Shown: positions 15,871 to 25,362 of the stretch, in pieces
Layout of the letters: every line of letters starts with the position of its first letter
Position numbering within the stretch: the stretch's first letter is position 1
Assembly (NCBI GenBank): GCA_041687495.1
Contig: JAWLBR010000002.1
Location: 11,349 to 75,348 of the forward strand
Origin: Limnochordia bacterium
GTDB taxonomy: Bacteria; Bacillota; Limnochordia; DTU087; JAAYGB01
Reading direction: 5' to 3'
DNA length: 64,000 bases
Made by a program: the position numbers and the translations under genes
The notes under the pieces: model-generated
Told to the model about the DNA's origin: nothing
Seen by the model: only the letters and a program-made list of their open reading frames with translations
Database searches by the model: none

Positions 15871-18198
15871 CTATAGTTCTACCCCGAGCCACCAGCCCGT
15901 GGGATCGTCGCCGTCGGGGAATCCTCTTCCCCATGAGTGGCCCAGCGCAATGGCCGCTCCTGGCGTGATCGAGTAACGCCCTTTGATTCCGGTTATCGTC
16001 TGGGCAATGGAACCGCTTTCTGAGTCAACTCCAGATTTTTGCTTGTAGTGCGCTGACAAGCGAACGCGATCTGATAGATCCTTATGGGCCGCAAGTCCAA
16101 CCGTGGTTGAAGTCTCTGGTCCCGGTCCATATTTCCGTTCATAGGAGGGTGCCAGTGATACCAAACGGACAAGCTCAAGCTGAGCTCCAAGAGTATAGTA
16201 TTTGGCGGTGTCCTGCCCAAGCCACTCCCTGCCGGTGCTTCCCGTTATCTGAGACAGATACACCGAAGCGTCGGGGGAAATCTGTCGCGGCTGCCATAGC
16301 CCCTTGAGCTCCAGAATCCGCTCACCTGGGGTTTGACTGAGGTTGACTTGGGTTGTCAGAGTTGGCGATAGTTGCCAGGATAGCTGGGAGTCCCCCTGCC
16401 ATTCCCACTGACCAGACCACTGCAGGGCAGCACTGCTGAGTAAAGATAAGCGGTTTGATGGCTTATACTCCAGGGAGGCCCCGATACTGCTGCCAAGCTG
16501 AGACTGTGCCCAAGCTGTCCCTCGGTTCTGGTACACGCTGCCATCTAGGCTCAGCCGATACCTGTCACCACTGTGGGCTAAGCTAAGGAGCAAGGAGTCC
16601 TTGCGATCAACCAAAACACTCTCGCCCGGAACTCTGCTGTCTTCACGCCTCACGCCCAAGAAAATCTGATTTCCTGCCCCAATATGGCGAGAGACATCGG
16701 CTCCGTAGAGGCGGGTGTCTAGCCTGTCGTAGGTGGCGTAGCCAATTTGGGTGTGCTCTTTGCTGCCCCAGCCGTAGGTGAAGCTCTGATTCCAGGAGCC
16801 GCTAGAGGTGACAGTGACCCAGTTGTCCCGGCTACGTTCGCCTAGATACCCCGGATCCTTCGGGGCCCAGTTAGACGTTCGATTCTGGCCGACCCCTATA
16901 CTCCAAGCATTGCCCAAGTCCTTTACCAAGGAGATCCTCGCAGACCCAGACTGCAGTCTGCCGGCGTATTCTGCAAAGCTGTCATCTGTGGTGAGACTGT
17001 ATCCCGCACTAAGTTCAGCACGGTTCCAGCGTTTGAGGCCATCTAGGGACCAACCGCGCTCTCCGGGACTGTACTCAGAGCCGGGAAAGTCAGGGAACGC
17101 TGTTCCATACCGAAATGCCTGTCCAGATAAGCGGACAGAGTCACTTAACCATGTTCCAATCTGAGCTGACCAGGCGGTGGAGTCGGGGTGTTTTTGCTCT
17201 AGAAACAGCGGCATAGCGGCTTCCAGCTGCACCCGCTGTCTTCCGTCATCCCAGCCTCCCGAAATTGTGGCTACCTGCTTAGGAGAGCGGGGATCTGTGT
17301 CACTTAGGTATCCCAGCGCTCCGTTGTAGGGGCCACTTTGCACTGCAAGCTCACCACCGCTGACCCGGTAACCGCCACCTTCCTGCGTCTGATACTCATA
17401 GGTGACAAATAGGCGCCCTTCGTTGCTGCCTACTCTGGCGGCGGGGGACTCAGCCAAGGACAGAGCCCCACTAACGTAGTCCAGCGTGTAGTCTGGAAAG
17501 AACATATCGATGGTCTGGCTGGGATCACCCGGCGGATGGACAGTAATCTGAACCATTTCACTTCCGGGAACGATGTTTTCCTCGGCCAACCGATAGTGGA
17601 GTTTTCCGCTGTTGATAGAAAAGGACTCGGCATTTGGCTTTTGGTGTACAATGCCCGAGAATCCGCTCAGCTGGACATTACCATACTTACCCGATGCGTG
17701 TAGTCCCGCCACAGGCCGGCTGTGTGAGAACAGGCTGGATGGTGTTGTGCTCCATCTGGTCTGCCACGCCGCTGCCCCCGAGGGAGCATTAGCCGAACCC
17801 AGCCAGGAACCAGCAGGCTGCGCCGTGTCGTCTTTCCCCTTAGAGATGTTCTGCTCTTTGAACCATGCTCGCCAGCTATCGGTATCGCTGTCGCCGTCGG
17901 CTTTTGCCCATCCAGAGTCGTACTCCAGGCGAAATTCGACACCGGGAGCAGTATCCCCAGAGAGGATAAACCCATAGTCATCGCCAGCTGTGTGCGAGGT
18001 TTTCCATACTTCGGCTTGGTCTAGACTTAAGCTGACCGCTGGTGCCGCTGGCAAACCCTCGACAGGAGCCATTGGCGTGTTCAGACCGCCTGCAGCCGTA
18101 ACTGGCGTCGATACCGCCAGCGATAGCAGGAGGGCCGCTGTCGAAAGCCTTAACCTGCCCTTGGGCTTGCTTCCCAAGCTTCCTTTCCATATATTCAT
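15871..18198 (-). CDS. Large secreted beta-rich protein, putative outer-membrane beta-barrel
   Basis: The ATG at 18198 is preceded by an AAGGGGA RBS. It has a signal peptide (KPKGRLRLSTAALLLSLAVSTPVTAAG). It is rich in W, Y, G, S and D, with many alternating hydrophobic/polar strand-like segments through to the C-terminus. Confidence 0.5.
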   Translation of the reverse strand: MNIWKGSLGSKPKGRLRLSTAALLLSLAVSTPVTAAGGLNTPMAPVEGLPAAPAVSLSLDQAEVWKTSHTAGDDYGFILSGDTAPGVEFRLEYDSGWAKADGDSDTDSWRAWFKEQNISKGKDDTAQPAGSWLGSANAPSGAAAWQTRWSTTPSSLFSHSRPVAGLHASGKYGNVQLSGFSGIVHQKPNAESFSINSGKLHYRLAEENIVPGSEMVQITVHPPGDPSQTIDMFFPDYTLDYVSGALSLAESPAARVGSNEGRLFVTYEYQTQEGGGYRVSGGELAVQSGPYNGALGYLSDTDPRSPKQVATISGGWDDGRQRVQLEAAMPLFLEQKHPDSTAWSAQIGTWLSDSVRLSGQAFRYGTAFPDFPGSEYSPGERGWSLDGLKRWNRAELSAGYSLTTDDSFAEYAGRLQSGSARISLVKDLGNAWSIGVGQNRTSNWAPKDPGYLGERSRDNWVTVTSSGSWNQSFTYGWGSKEHTQIGYATYDRLDTRLYGADVSRHIGAGNQIFLGVRREDSRVPGESVLVDRKDSLLLSLAHSGDRYRLSLDGSVYQNRGTAWAQSQLGSSIGASLEYKPSNRLSLLSSAALQWSGQWEWQGDSQLSWQLSPTLTTQVNLSQTPGERILELKGLWQPRQISPDASVYLSQITGSTGREWLGQDTAKYYTLGAQLELVRLVSLAPSYERKYGPGPETSTTVGLAAHKDLSDRVRLSAHYKQKSGVDSESGSIAQTITGIKGRYSITPGAAIALGHSWGRGFPDGDDPTGWWLGVEL

Positions 18199-18601
18199 TG
18201 GCAAATCCCCTTGCTGTTTTGGTGTAGTTAATGCTGCGTTTGGTAGCTAGTAGAAGTGCTAGTTCTGTCCTAAATACACTGGTAGCAGCGTCAAATGGAG
18301 TTGCTGTGTATCGATACAAAGGGACATTATCATATGAATTCAGCATATTCCAAAAGAAAGGCGACATCAAGGGCTAGTCCTTGCCAGTTGGTTGAAAGCA
18401 AGCTTTGCCAATGCACTAGAAGATTCCCGCTATATCAGTATCTGGGGGATAATGCTAGGTTTTGGGGGTTGTTCCAAGTTTGCAGTCTCCAGTAAAATGA
18501 TAAGTGATTAGACCACACTTTGACACAGAAGGGGTGTTTGAACCAGAAACAATGTAAGGAAAAAAACTAGAGGGGGATTCTTTCTGAAGAAGCTAACCTA
18601 T

Positions 18602-19732
18602 TTGTCGACGTTAGTCCTGGTCTCATGTCTAGTTCTTACGATGTCTTCTTTAGCGGCGGCAGCTACGTATCACACGGTTAGCCGGGGTGACACCCTGTAT
18701 CTGATCGCCCAAAGGTATGGAGTCTCCATCGCAGCTTTGCGCAATGCCAACAATCTGCGCAGCGATGTACTCTATCCAGGCCAAACACTGGTGGTTTCAT
18801 CAGTCGGCGGGGGTTCTGGCTCCAGTTCAGGGACGCAATACGTAGTCAAAGCTGGAGATTCCCTGTGGCGGTTGTCAACTCAGTTCGGAGTCTCGATAGC
18901 TGCGATCCGTTCAGCTAACGGATTGGTCAGCGATGCTCTGCATGTAGGTCAGAAGTTGACCATTCCCGGTTCCCATTCCGGAGGTGGACAGAGCGGCAGT
19001 ACTACTTATACTGTAAAGTCTGGCGACAGTTTGTACCTCATTGCCCAGCGATTTGGTATCACGGTTAACCAGATCAGACAACTAAACGGACTGAGTTCCA
19101 ACACCATCTATGTGGGGCAGACACTTAAGGTCTCTAGTACTGGGGCAAGTAACCCAGTACCAGCTCCGCCGACCCAGCAGGTTGTGTATGTTCACTCCGT
19201 TAAGTGGGGTGAGACCCTAGAGAGCATTGGGCGCAACTATGGAGTGACTGCTCAGGCGATTGCTTCAGCAAATATGCTGACAAGCTATACGGTGAAATCA
19301 CCGATGGCACTCATCATTCCAGGCCCAACCAAGAATCACGCCGGGCTGACTGGACTCTACCTTAAGCCAGGGATGTCTGTGGCAGATTTTCATCGGTTGG
19401 CTAGGATGACCTATGCTGAAGCTGGCGCTGAACCGTATAGCGGTCAAGTGGCTGTGGCAGCGGTGATCCTCAACCGGATTGCAAGTCCGAAGTTCCCTAA
19501 CACTATGGACGGGGTTCTAAAACAGGCATGGCAATTTGAGCCTGTATCAAATGGCTACTACTACAACTGTGTACCTTCGTTAAGTGCATACAAGGCAGCT
19601 CTAGACGCTGTGAATGGAGTAGATCCCAGTCGGGGAGCACTGTTCTTCTTCAACCCGGCCAAGATCACCAACCAATGGCTGCTCAGCAAGCCGTTTGTAT
19701 ACCAGGTTGGCTCACACGCCTTCGCATACTAG
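18602..19732 (+). CDS. sleB: Spore cortex-lytic enzyme SleB/CwlJ-family hydrolase with four N-terminal LysM domains
   Basis: Four LysM repeats (TYxVxxGDTLxxIAxxYGVSIAALRxAN), then a C-terminal Hydrolase_2 (SleB) domain: ARMTYAEAGAEPYSGQVAVAAVILNR...GALFFFNP. A better start may be the CTG at 18584 (see findings). Confidence 0.85.
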   Translation: MSTLVLVSCLVLTMSSLAAAATYHTVSRGDTLYLIAQRYGVSIAALRNANNLRSDVLYPGQTLVVSSVGGGSGSSSGTQYVVKAGDSLWRLSTQFGVSIAAIRSANGLVSDALHVGQKLTIPGSHSGGGQSGSTTYTVKSGDSLYLIAQRFGITVNQIRQLNGLSSNTIYVGQTLKVSSTGASNPVPAPPTQQVVYVHSVKWGETLESIGRNYGVTAQAIASANMLTSYTVKSPMALIIPGPTKNHAGLTGLYLKPGMSVADFHRLARMTYAEAGAEPYSGQVAVAAVILNRIASPKFPNTMDGVLKQAWQFEPVSNGYYYNCVPSLSAYKAALDAVNGVDPSRGALFFFNPAKITNQWLLSKPFVYQVGSHAFAY

Positions 19733-19750
19733 TTCAGCCGAGGATATGCA

Positions 19751-19800
19751 GCGGGCAGTGAGGGGTAATATACCCTTCACTGCCCGCTTTATGTTTGTCT
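19751..19800 (+). terminator. Rho-independent terminator after the sleB-like gene
   Basis: A 17-bp stem (GCGGGCAGTGAGGGGTA / TACCCTTCACTGCCCGC) followed by TTTATGTTTGTCTATTT. Confidence 0.65.
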
Positions 19801-19907
19801 ATTTCACTGAATTAAGCTGCAAATAGGCTATTCGCCGTATGGACGAGTAATCTTCTCGCCTGTGTTTGCCCACTTTATAGATACTATGGGATTTGCTGGC
19901 TGATTTG

Positions 19908-19936
19908 TTGACACCTGCAGGTGACTAGAGTAGAAT
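19908..19936 (+). promoter_or_regulatory. Sigma-A-type promoter (TTGACA-17-TAGAAT) with embedded 12-bp perfect palindrome CACCTGCAGGTG, a candidate ArsR/CadC autoregulatory operator
   Basis: Read directly: TTGACA at 19908-13, TAGAAT at 19931-36, and the palindrome spanning the -35 element and spacer. Confidence 0.4.
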
Positions 19937-19981
19937 ACAATTAAAAGATTGCTTAATCGTTCAAACGTGGAGGTGTCATTG

Positions 19982-20350
19982 GTGGGAGAGTGTACCAAGG
20001 GCCGCAGCGACATCTGCGACCAATACTGCCCGACGTGCAATGAGCGAGCTGACCAGCTGCGGGAGTCGCTGCTGGAGGTTGCTGGCTTGTCGGAGTTGTT
20101 TAAGGTCTTGGGTGATGAGACCAGGACCAAAATTCTGTACCTTCTCGCACAGCAAGAACTGTGTGTTTGCGATATGGCGGAGTTACTAGATATGAGCCTT
20201 CCCGCTGTTTCTCACCATCTGCGATTGCTGAAGGCAATGCGGTTGGTGAAGTACCGCAGAGATGGCAAGCAAGTGTACTACAGCCTCGACGATGATCACA
20301 TTGTCAACCTGATTCGGCAGGCGCAAGAGCATTTTGCGGAGGAAAGGTAG
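19982..20350 (+). CDS. cadC: ArsR/SmtB-family metalloregulator, CadC-like (Cd/Pb/Zn sensing)
   Basis: Winged-helix core with the alpha3 metal site ELCVCD, plus an N-terminal Cys cluster (CTKGRSDIC, CPTC) as in CadC. Start is GTG (or the TTG 3 nt upstream) after GGAGG. It sits immediately upstream of the P1B-ATPase. Confidence 0.8.
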   Translation: MGECTKGRSDICDQYCPTCNERADQLRESLLEVAGLSELFKVLGDETRTKILYLLAQQELCVCDMAELLDMSLPAVSHHLRLLKAMRLVKYRRDGKQVYYSLDDDHIVNLIRQAQEHFAEER

Positions 20351-20357
20351 TGGCCAC

Positions 20358-22532
20358 ATGTCTAACCACGATTCTATGCATACCGACGAACTGAAGACTT
20401 TCCCGCTGAAGGGACTAACTTGCGCCAACTGCGCCGCAAAAATAGACTCGCGGCTGAAGAAACGGTTTGGCTCCAGCTCGGGGGTTAACTTTGCGGCCGG
20501 AAAGATAACTGTTCCAGAGAGTCAGCTACAGCAGGCCCAGGAGATCATTGACTCAGTTGAAGATGGAGTATCCATTACCTCTGAGGCCAAGGGCGCACAC
20601 GCTGGGGGAGGGAGCCTCCTGAGTTGGCGGCAGGTCCTGCCGCTGGGCTTAGCTGCAATACTTTTCGTGTTTGGACTTATCTACCGTCAGGCTCTGCAAG
20701 CAACTCCCTATGCACTGGGTGACTACCTGGTGTTCATGAGCGCTTATGTGCTCGTTGGCAGAAACGTATTACTGGCTGCCACTCGCAATGTTGCCAGTGG
20801 AAGTCTCTTCGATGAGAATTTCTTGATGGCGCTGGCTACTATCGGGGCCATTGCGCTAAACGAGCTGCCAGAGGCGGTTGGGGTTATGCTGTTTTACTAT
20901 GTTGGGGAGCTGTTTCAAGATATGGCTGTTAATCGCTCCCGCAGGTCTATCCAGGCGCTGATGGATATTAGGCCCGACTACGCCAATCTCAAGAACGGTG
21001 ACACGGTACAGAGAGTGGACCCGATCACAGTGTCGGTGGGAAGCCTAATCGTGGTGCAGCCTGGAGAACGGGTGCCCTTGGATGGTGAAGTGGCGGCTGG
21101 CGATTCTTTTGTCGACACATCGGCCCTGACCGGGGAATCTGTTCCAACCAAAGTCGGGGTGGGTGACTCTGTTCTGGCAGGAAGCGTCAATACTTCGGGG
21201 CTCTTGACCATGACGGTGACCAAGGAGTTTGGGCAATCTTCTTTGGCTAAGATCCTGCACCTAGTTGAGAATGCCACGGGCCGCAAGGCCCCTACAGACA
21301 AGTTTATCACCAAGTTTTCCAGGTACTACACTCCAGCGGTTGTGCTGGCGGCCGCTGCGTTAGCTGTGGTCCCCCCGTTGGTCATTCCAGGGGCTGCCTT
21401 TGGTGAGTGGGTGCACCGATCGCTGATATTGCTGGTGATTTCATGTCCCTGTGCTTTGGTCGTATCCATTCCCCTAGGTTATTTCGGTGGAATTGGCGCA
21501 GCTTCCAAGCAGGGTGTTCTAGTTAAGGGCGCAAACTTTCTTGAGGCGCTGGTTAATGTAGATACTGTTGTGTTCGACAAAACCGGAACCTTGACGGAAG
21601 GGGTTTTCCAGGTCAGTGCGGTGGTGCCTGCTGCCGACTTTGATGAAGATACGCTGCTCGCAGCGGCTGCCCAGGCCGAGATGCATTCCAGTCACCCCAT
21701 CGCTACATCCATTGCCAAGGCTTACGGCCGCCCGGTAAACCCTGATCAAGTGACAGAGTATGAGGAGATCTCAGGTCACGGCGTAAGAGCCGTTGTCCAG
21801 GGCCAGTCCGTTTTGGCAGGTAACAGGCGACTGATGATGCGGCATGGCTTGTCTGTCCCGGATGTGAATGGTATGGGAACCGTAGTCTATCTAGCCATTG
21901 ACGGTCGGTTTGCCGGTTATATAGTCATTTCTGACCGAGTGAAGGTGGACTCAGCCGCAGCTGTGGCTCAGCTGCGGAGAGCAGGCGTACACCACACGGT
22001 TATGTTAACCGGTGATTCCGCCACTGTCGGTGAGCAGGTAGCAAAGCAGCTGGGCCTTGACGCTGTTCACAGCAATCTCCTACCAGAAGATAAGGTGGAG
22101 CGGGTCGAAGCTCTACTGGCTGAGGTCCGCCAGCGGCGAGGGAAACTAGTTTTTGTTGGAGATGGGATTAACGATGCGCCGGTTTTGACCAGGGCGGACG
22201 TAGGTGTGGCCATGGGTGGTTTGGGGTCAGACGCAGCCATTGAGGCTGCTGATGTGGTAATCATGGATGATTCGCCATCCAGGCTGGCCACTGCCATCGG
22301 AGTTGCCCGGGGCACGAGAAGAATTGTCATCCAGAACATTGTGTTTGCTTTGGCGACGAAGGGGCTGTTTATTGCCTTAGGTTCACTGGGGGCTGCCACG
22401 ATGTGGGAGGCAATTTTCGCCGATGTGGGAGTTGCTCTGATTGCCATTTTCAACTCAACGCGGGCGCTCAGGATTAATGCAGATACTCAGGTGCGACGGG
22501 ATGGGCCTACGAAGGAACAATTGGCAACGTAA
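20358..22532 (+). CDS. cadA: Heavy-metal-translocating P1B-type ATPase (Cd2+/Zn2+/Pb2+ CadA-like)
   Basis: N-terminal HMA domain (GLTCANCAAKI), a transmembrane CPC motif (SCPCALV), DKTGTLT phosphorylation and GDGINDAP hinge motifs. RBS is GGAGGAAAGG. Confidence 0.9.
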   Translation: MSNHDSMHTDELKTFPLKGLTCANCAAKIDSRLKKRFGSSSGVNFAAGKITVPESQLQQAQEIIDSVEDGVSITSEAKGAHAGGGSLLSWRQVLPLGLAAILFVFGLIYRQALQATPYALGDYLVFMSAYVLVGRNVLLAATRNVASGSLFDENFLMALATIGAIALNELPEAVGVMLFYYVGELFQDMAVNRSRRSIQALMDIRPDYANLKNGDTVQRVDPITVSVGSLIVVQPGERVPLDGEVAAGDSFVDTSALTGESVPTKVGVGDSVLAGSVNTSGLLTMTVTKEFGQSSLAKILHLVENATGRKAPTDKFITKFSRYYTPAVVLAAAALAVVPPLVIPGAAFGEWVHRSLILLVISCPCALVVSIPLGYFGGIGAASKQGVLVKGANFLEALVNVDTVVFDKTGTLTEGVFQVSAVVPAADFDEDTLLAAAAQAEMHSSHPIATSIAKAYGRPVNPDQVTEYEEISGHGVRAVVQGQSVLAGNRRLMMRHGLSVPDVNGMGTVVYLAIDGRFAGYIVISDRVKVDSAAAVAQLRRAGVHHTVMLTGDSATVGEQVAKQLGLDAVHSNLLPEDKVERVEALLAEVRQRRGKLVFVGDGINDAPVLTRADVGVAMGGLGSDAAIEAADVVIMDDSPSRLATAIGVARGTRRIVIQNIVFALATKGLFIALGSLGAATMWEAIFADVGVALIAIFNSTRALRINADTQVRRDGPTKEQLAT

Positions 22533-22604
22533 TCTGAACTTCTAAAGTCAAAAGTCAAAAGGCAGAAGGCGAACCTGGCGCAGGTGTATTTGGCAGAGGA
22601 TGAA

Positions 22605-23144
22605 TCATCCTCTGCCAAATATCGCGTTACAGACAGCTACAGCGGCGGCGAATCCTGCCGCATCGGCAGTAAGGCCAACTAGAATAGAGTGCCGGGGACG
22701 GGTCACACCTACCGATCCATAGTAGACGGTGGCAATGTACATAGTGGTATCGGTACTGCCCTCAATGGTGCTGGCCATGTATCCGATCAACGAGTCAGGG
22801 CCGTGTTTTTCCATCAAGCGCAGCACAACGGCCATGGCGGCAGGGCCAGATAGAGGGCGAATGATCGCCAGCGGAACCACTTCTTTGGGGACACTAAGAT
22901 AGCTGAGTAGGCCCTGCAGGGGCCCGATCAACAGATTAAGCGCACCTGAGCTTTGAAAGAGATCCAAAGTGAAGTAGATGGTAATGATGTACGGCAGAAT
23001 GCGGACAACCATTCCCACCGCTTCTCCTGCCCCTTCGATGAAGGCCGCAAAAACGTCGACCTTGGCCCAGTACCCGTGAATGAGGATGGTACCGATTAGA
23101 ATGGGGACTACCCAGGTTGCCAGCGATGATAGCAGATCGATCAC
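22605..23144 (-). CDS. spmB: Spore maturation protein B (nucleoside-transporter-like membrane protein)
   Basis: 179 aa SpmB family membrane protein, encoded downstream of spmA. Confidence 0.85.
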   Translation of the reverse strand: MIDLLSSLATWVVPILIGTILIHGYWAKVDVFAAFIEGAGEAVGMVVRILPYIITIYFTLDLFQSSGALNLLIGPLQGLLSYLSVPKEVVPLAIIRPLSGPAAMAVVLRLMEKHGPDSLIGYMASTIEGSTDTTMYIATVYYGSVGVTRPRHSILVGLTADAAGFAAAVAVCNAIFGRG

Positions 23145-23188
23145 AGCAATCCCTCACTTTCGGTTCCAGCGCTGTGGGGAGCTTAGCT

Positions 23189-23767
23189 CTATAGCCGCTG
23201 ACGTCTGCGGATAAACCAGTCCAGTGTGATGGCAATGGAGGTGGAGAAAGTCGTAGCGATCACAGTTGAGACAACCACTGCCTCCGGGTTTGCCGAACCA
23301 GACGAAGCCCGCAGGGCGATAATAGTGGTTGGGATCAGAGTCACGCTGGATGTATTGATGGCAAGAAATGTACACATGGAGTTGGAGGCTGCCTCTGGGT
23401 TCGGATTCAGTGTCTGCAACTCCTTCATGGCCTTAAGGCCAAAGGGAGTGGCGGCGTTTCCAAACCCGAATACATTGGCACTTAAGTTCATGGTGATGTA
23501 GGAGAGGGCGGGATGCCCTTTGGGTACATCTGGGAACAGGCGCAGCAAAATTGGAGACAAGAGCTTTGCCCAAAAGGCCAGAAACCCCGATTTCTCCGCC
23601 ACTTTTGCCACTCCTAGCCAGATGCTCAGAATTCCCAGTAGCATCAAGGCTCGCTCTATCGCCGCAGATGATGACTGGACCAGCGCTTGGGTGATCAGCT
23701 CAGGGTGACCACTGCCCAGGGCAGCTCCTAGGCCGAGCAGAATTAAGAACAGAAACACCGCAGTCAA
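23189..23767 (-). CDS. spmA: Spore maturation protein A
   Basis: 192 aa SpmA family protein. Its ATG overlaps the stop of the upstream L,D-transpeptidase gene (ATGA overlap). Confidence 0.85.
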   Translation of the reverse strand: MTAVFLFLILLGLGAALGSGHPELITQALVQSSSAAIERALMLLGILSIWLGVAKVAEKSGFLAFWAKLLSPILLRLFPDVPKGHPALSYITMNLSANVFGFGNAATPFGLKAMKELQTLNPNPEAASNSMCTFLAINTSSVTLIPTTIIALRASSGSANPEAVVVSTVIATTFSTSIAITLDWFIRRRQRL

Positions 23768-25209
23768 TGTAGATTCCCTCCCTTGACAAAACGCTCCAGT
23801 GTCTGTTGGTCGTCCATGAAGATGATCCGGTCGTCTTCAAGGGAAATAGAACTAAGGGATCTGGGTGGCCCGTGAATGATGACCAGGGCTCGCTCAGGCA
23901 CATTTCGATATACCCATTTGGCGTCATTCAAAGGTAGACGAACACAACCGTGGCTGGCTGGACTGCCAATCTTTCGGATCTCTTCCGGAAGGAACTTTCC
24001 ATCAGGGCCAAAGGGAACAGAATGAAAGAGGTAGTTGCCCAAGAAACGGACCCAGTAGTAGGCACCCTCGTTGTATCTTTGTGAGAAGAATGCATACCCC
24101 CGCCCGTTGATTCGGTACCTGCCAAAGGGAGTTGGGGAGGTGTCCTTTCCTCCCGAGGCGATCATCTCCTTGAGCAATGCCTTGCCCTGGAACACTCTGA
24201 CTGAGTGAGGTTCCCAGAGACTCACTTCAACCCAAATTCGATCCCCCATACTTTCAGTGGCAAAACTCACCGTCTCTGCGACCGATTCACCATACGTGTC
24301 TGTTGCCTGGATCTCGATTTCGTATTTAGTATCGGGAAGCAGCAGCCTTTTGGGAATGAAAATAGCCGTTTCCCCTTGGAGCATTGCCAGATGCGCCTGG
24401 CCGTCAACACTAATCCGGCAATCGGTCAACTCCCGGTTGGCTTCAACCCTAACAGGGGTTTCTAAGCTCAGGCCCGTTGCCTGATCAGCAGGGGCAACAG
24501 ATACCAGCTCTAACTTTGGAACTGTGGTCACCTGCCATCGTACTGCTTTGTCCAGGGTGATTCCACCAGTCGACTTCAGGGTGTCTGCCAGCTGTATCCG
24601 GTACTGAGTATCGTGTCTTAAGGGCTGTGTCGGGGTAATCAACCAAGCCGAAGTGTCGATGAACGGTTTCCCATCGATGGTTACCTCCTTGGGCGAAGCG
24701 GTAAAATCAAAGTCTGCGGTAAGCGCTCTTTGCAGGCTGTCGCTGCTGACACTGCTGTTGAATCTAAGCTCAAGGGGCGATGTAGTTCCGACCAGGCCGG
24801 AGGGCCCGGATACGACCTGGGGAGTGGGCCTGCCCGAAATCTGCTTTGTCTTTACCCAATGAGTTTTTGGCAGCAGCGTAGGCAGCTGCATCGACACAAG
24901 CACGGGACTGCCCAACGGTAGGTTATGCTCTCGAAAGGTCAGTTCGTAGGTGTGTCGACCGCGGCTGGTGATGTTCCAAGTGACTTTTTGTCTCGGATCG
25001 GTGCTGGCAACACTGAGTTGGGCTGCCAGTTGCTCCGCGTTCAAAGGCAGCAACGACAGAAAGACCACTGTGGCCGAACCGTCCGTGTGCTGGTGTAAAG
25101 CGGTGGGAACGACGCCTCCTGTAATGTAGTAAAGGTATAGAAGAATAAATGCAGCTGTGGTTGTCAAGAATGTTTTGCCTGTCAGCCTAAGGCTTCCTAG
25201 CTGGTTCAT
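23764..25209 (-). CDS. L,D-transpeptidase (YkuD/ErfK domain) protein with N-terminal membrane anchor and Ig-like repeats
   Basis: The C-terminal YkuD catalytic domain has the SHGC active site (IGSPASHGCVRLP). An N-terminal TM segment is followed by about 250 aa of beta-rich repeats. Confidence 0.75.
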   Translation of the reverse strand: MNQLGSLRLTGKTFLTTTAAFILLYLYYITGGVVPTALHQHTDGSATVVFLSLLPLNAEQLAAQLSVASTDPRQKVTWNITSRGRHTYELTFREHNLPLGSPVLVSMQLPTLLPKTHWVKTKQISGRPTPQVVSGPSGLVGTTSPLELRFNSSVSSDSLQRALTADFDFTASPKEVTIDGKPFIDTSAWLITPTQPLRHDTQYRIQLADTLKSTGGITLDKAVRWQVTTVPKLELVSVAPADQATGLSLETPVRVEANRELTDCRISVDGQAHLAMLQGETAIFIPKRLLLPDTKYEIEIQATDTYGESVAETVSFATESMGDRIWVEVSLWEPHSVRVFQGKALLKEMIASGGKDTSPTPFGRYRINGRGYAFFSQRYNEGAYYWVRFLGNYLFHSVPFGPDGKFLPEEIRKIGSPASHGCVRLPLNDAKWVYRNVPERALVIIHGPPRSLSSISLEDDRIIFMDDQQTLERFVKGGNLH

Positions 25210-25362
25210 AGCTTCACCTCTACCCGTGGTATCAAGTGATCCTATGCAAGCACCGGTGGCAAAATGCGGGGATGGGTAGGTGTGAAACAGGATTTGCTCG
25301 ACCAGCAGGGGTGATACTATGGATTAGGACGAACCGTATGATTCGAAAAAGGAGAGGTACAA

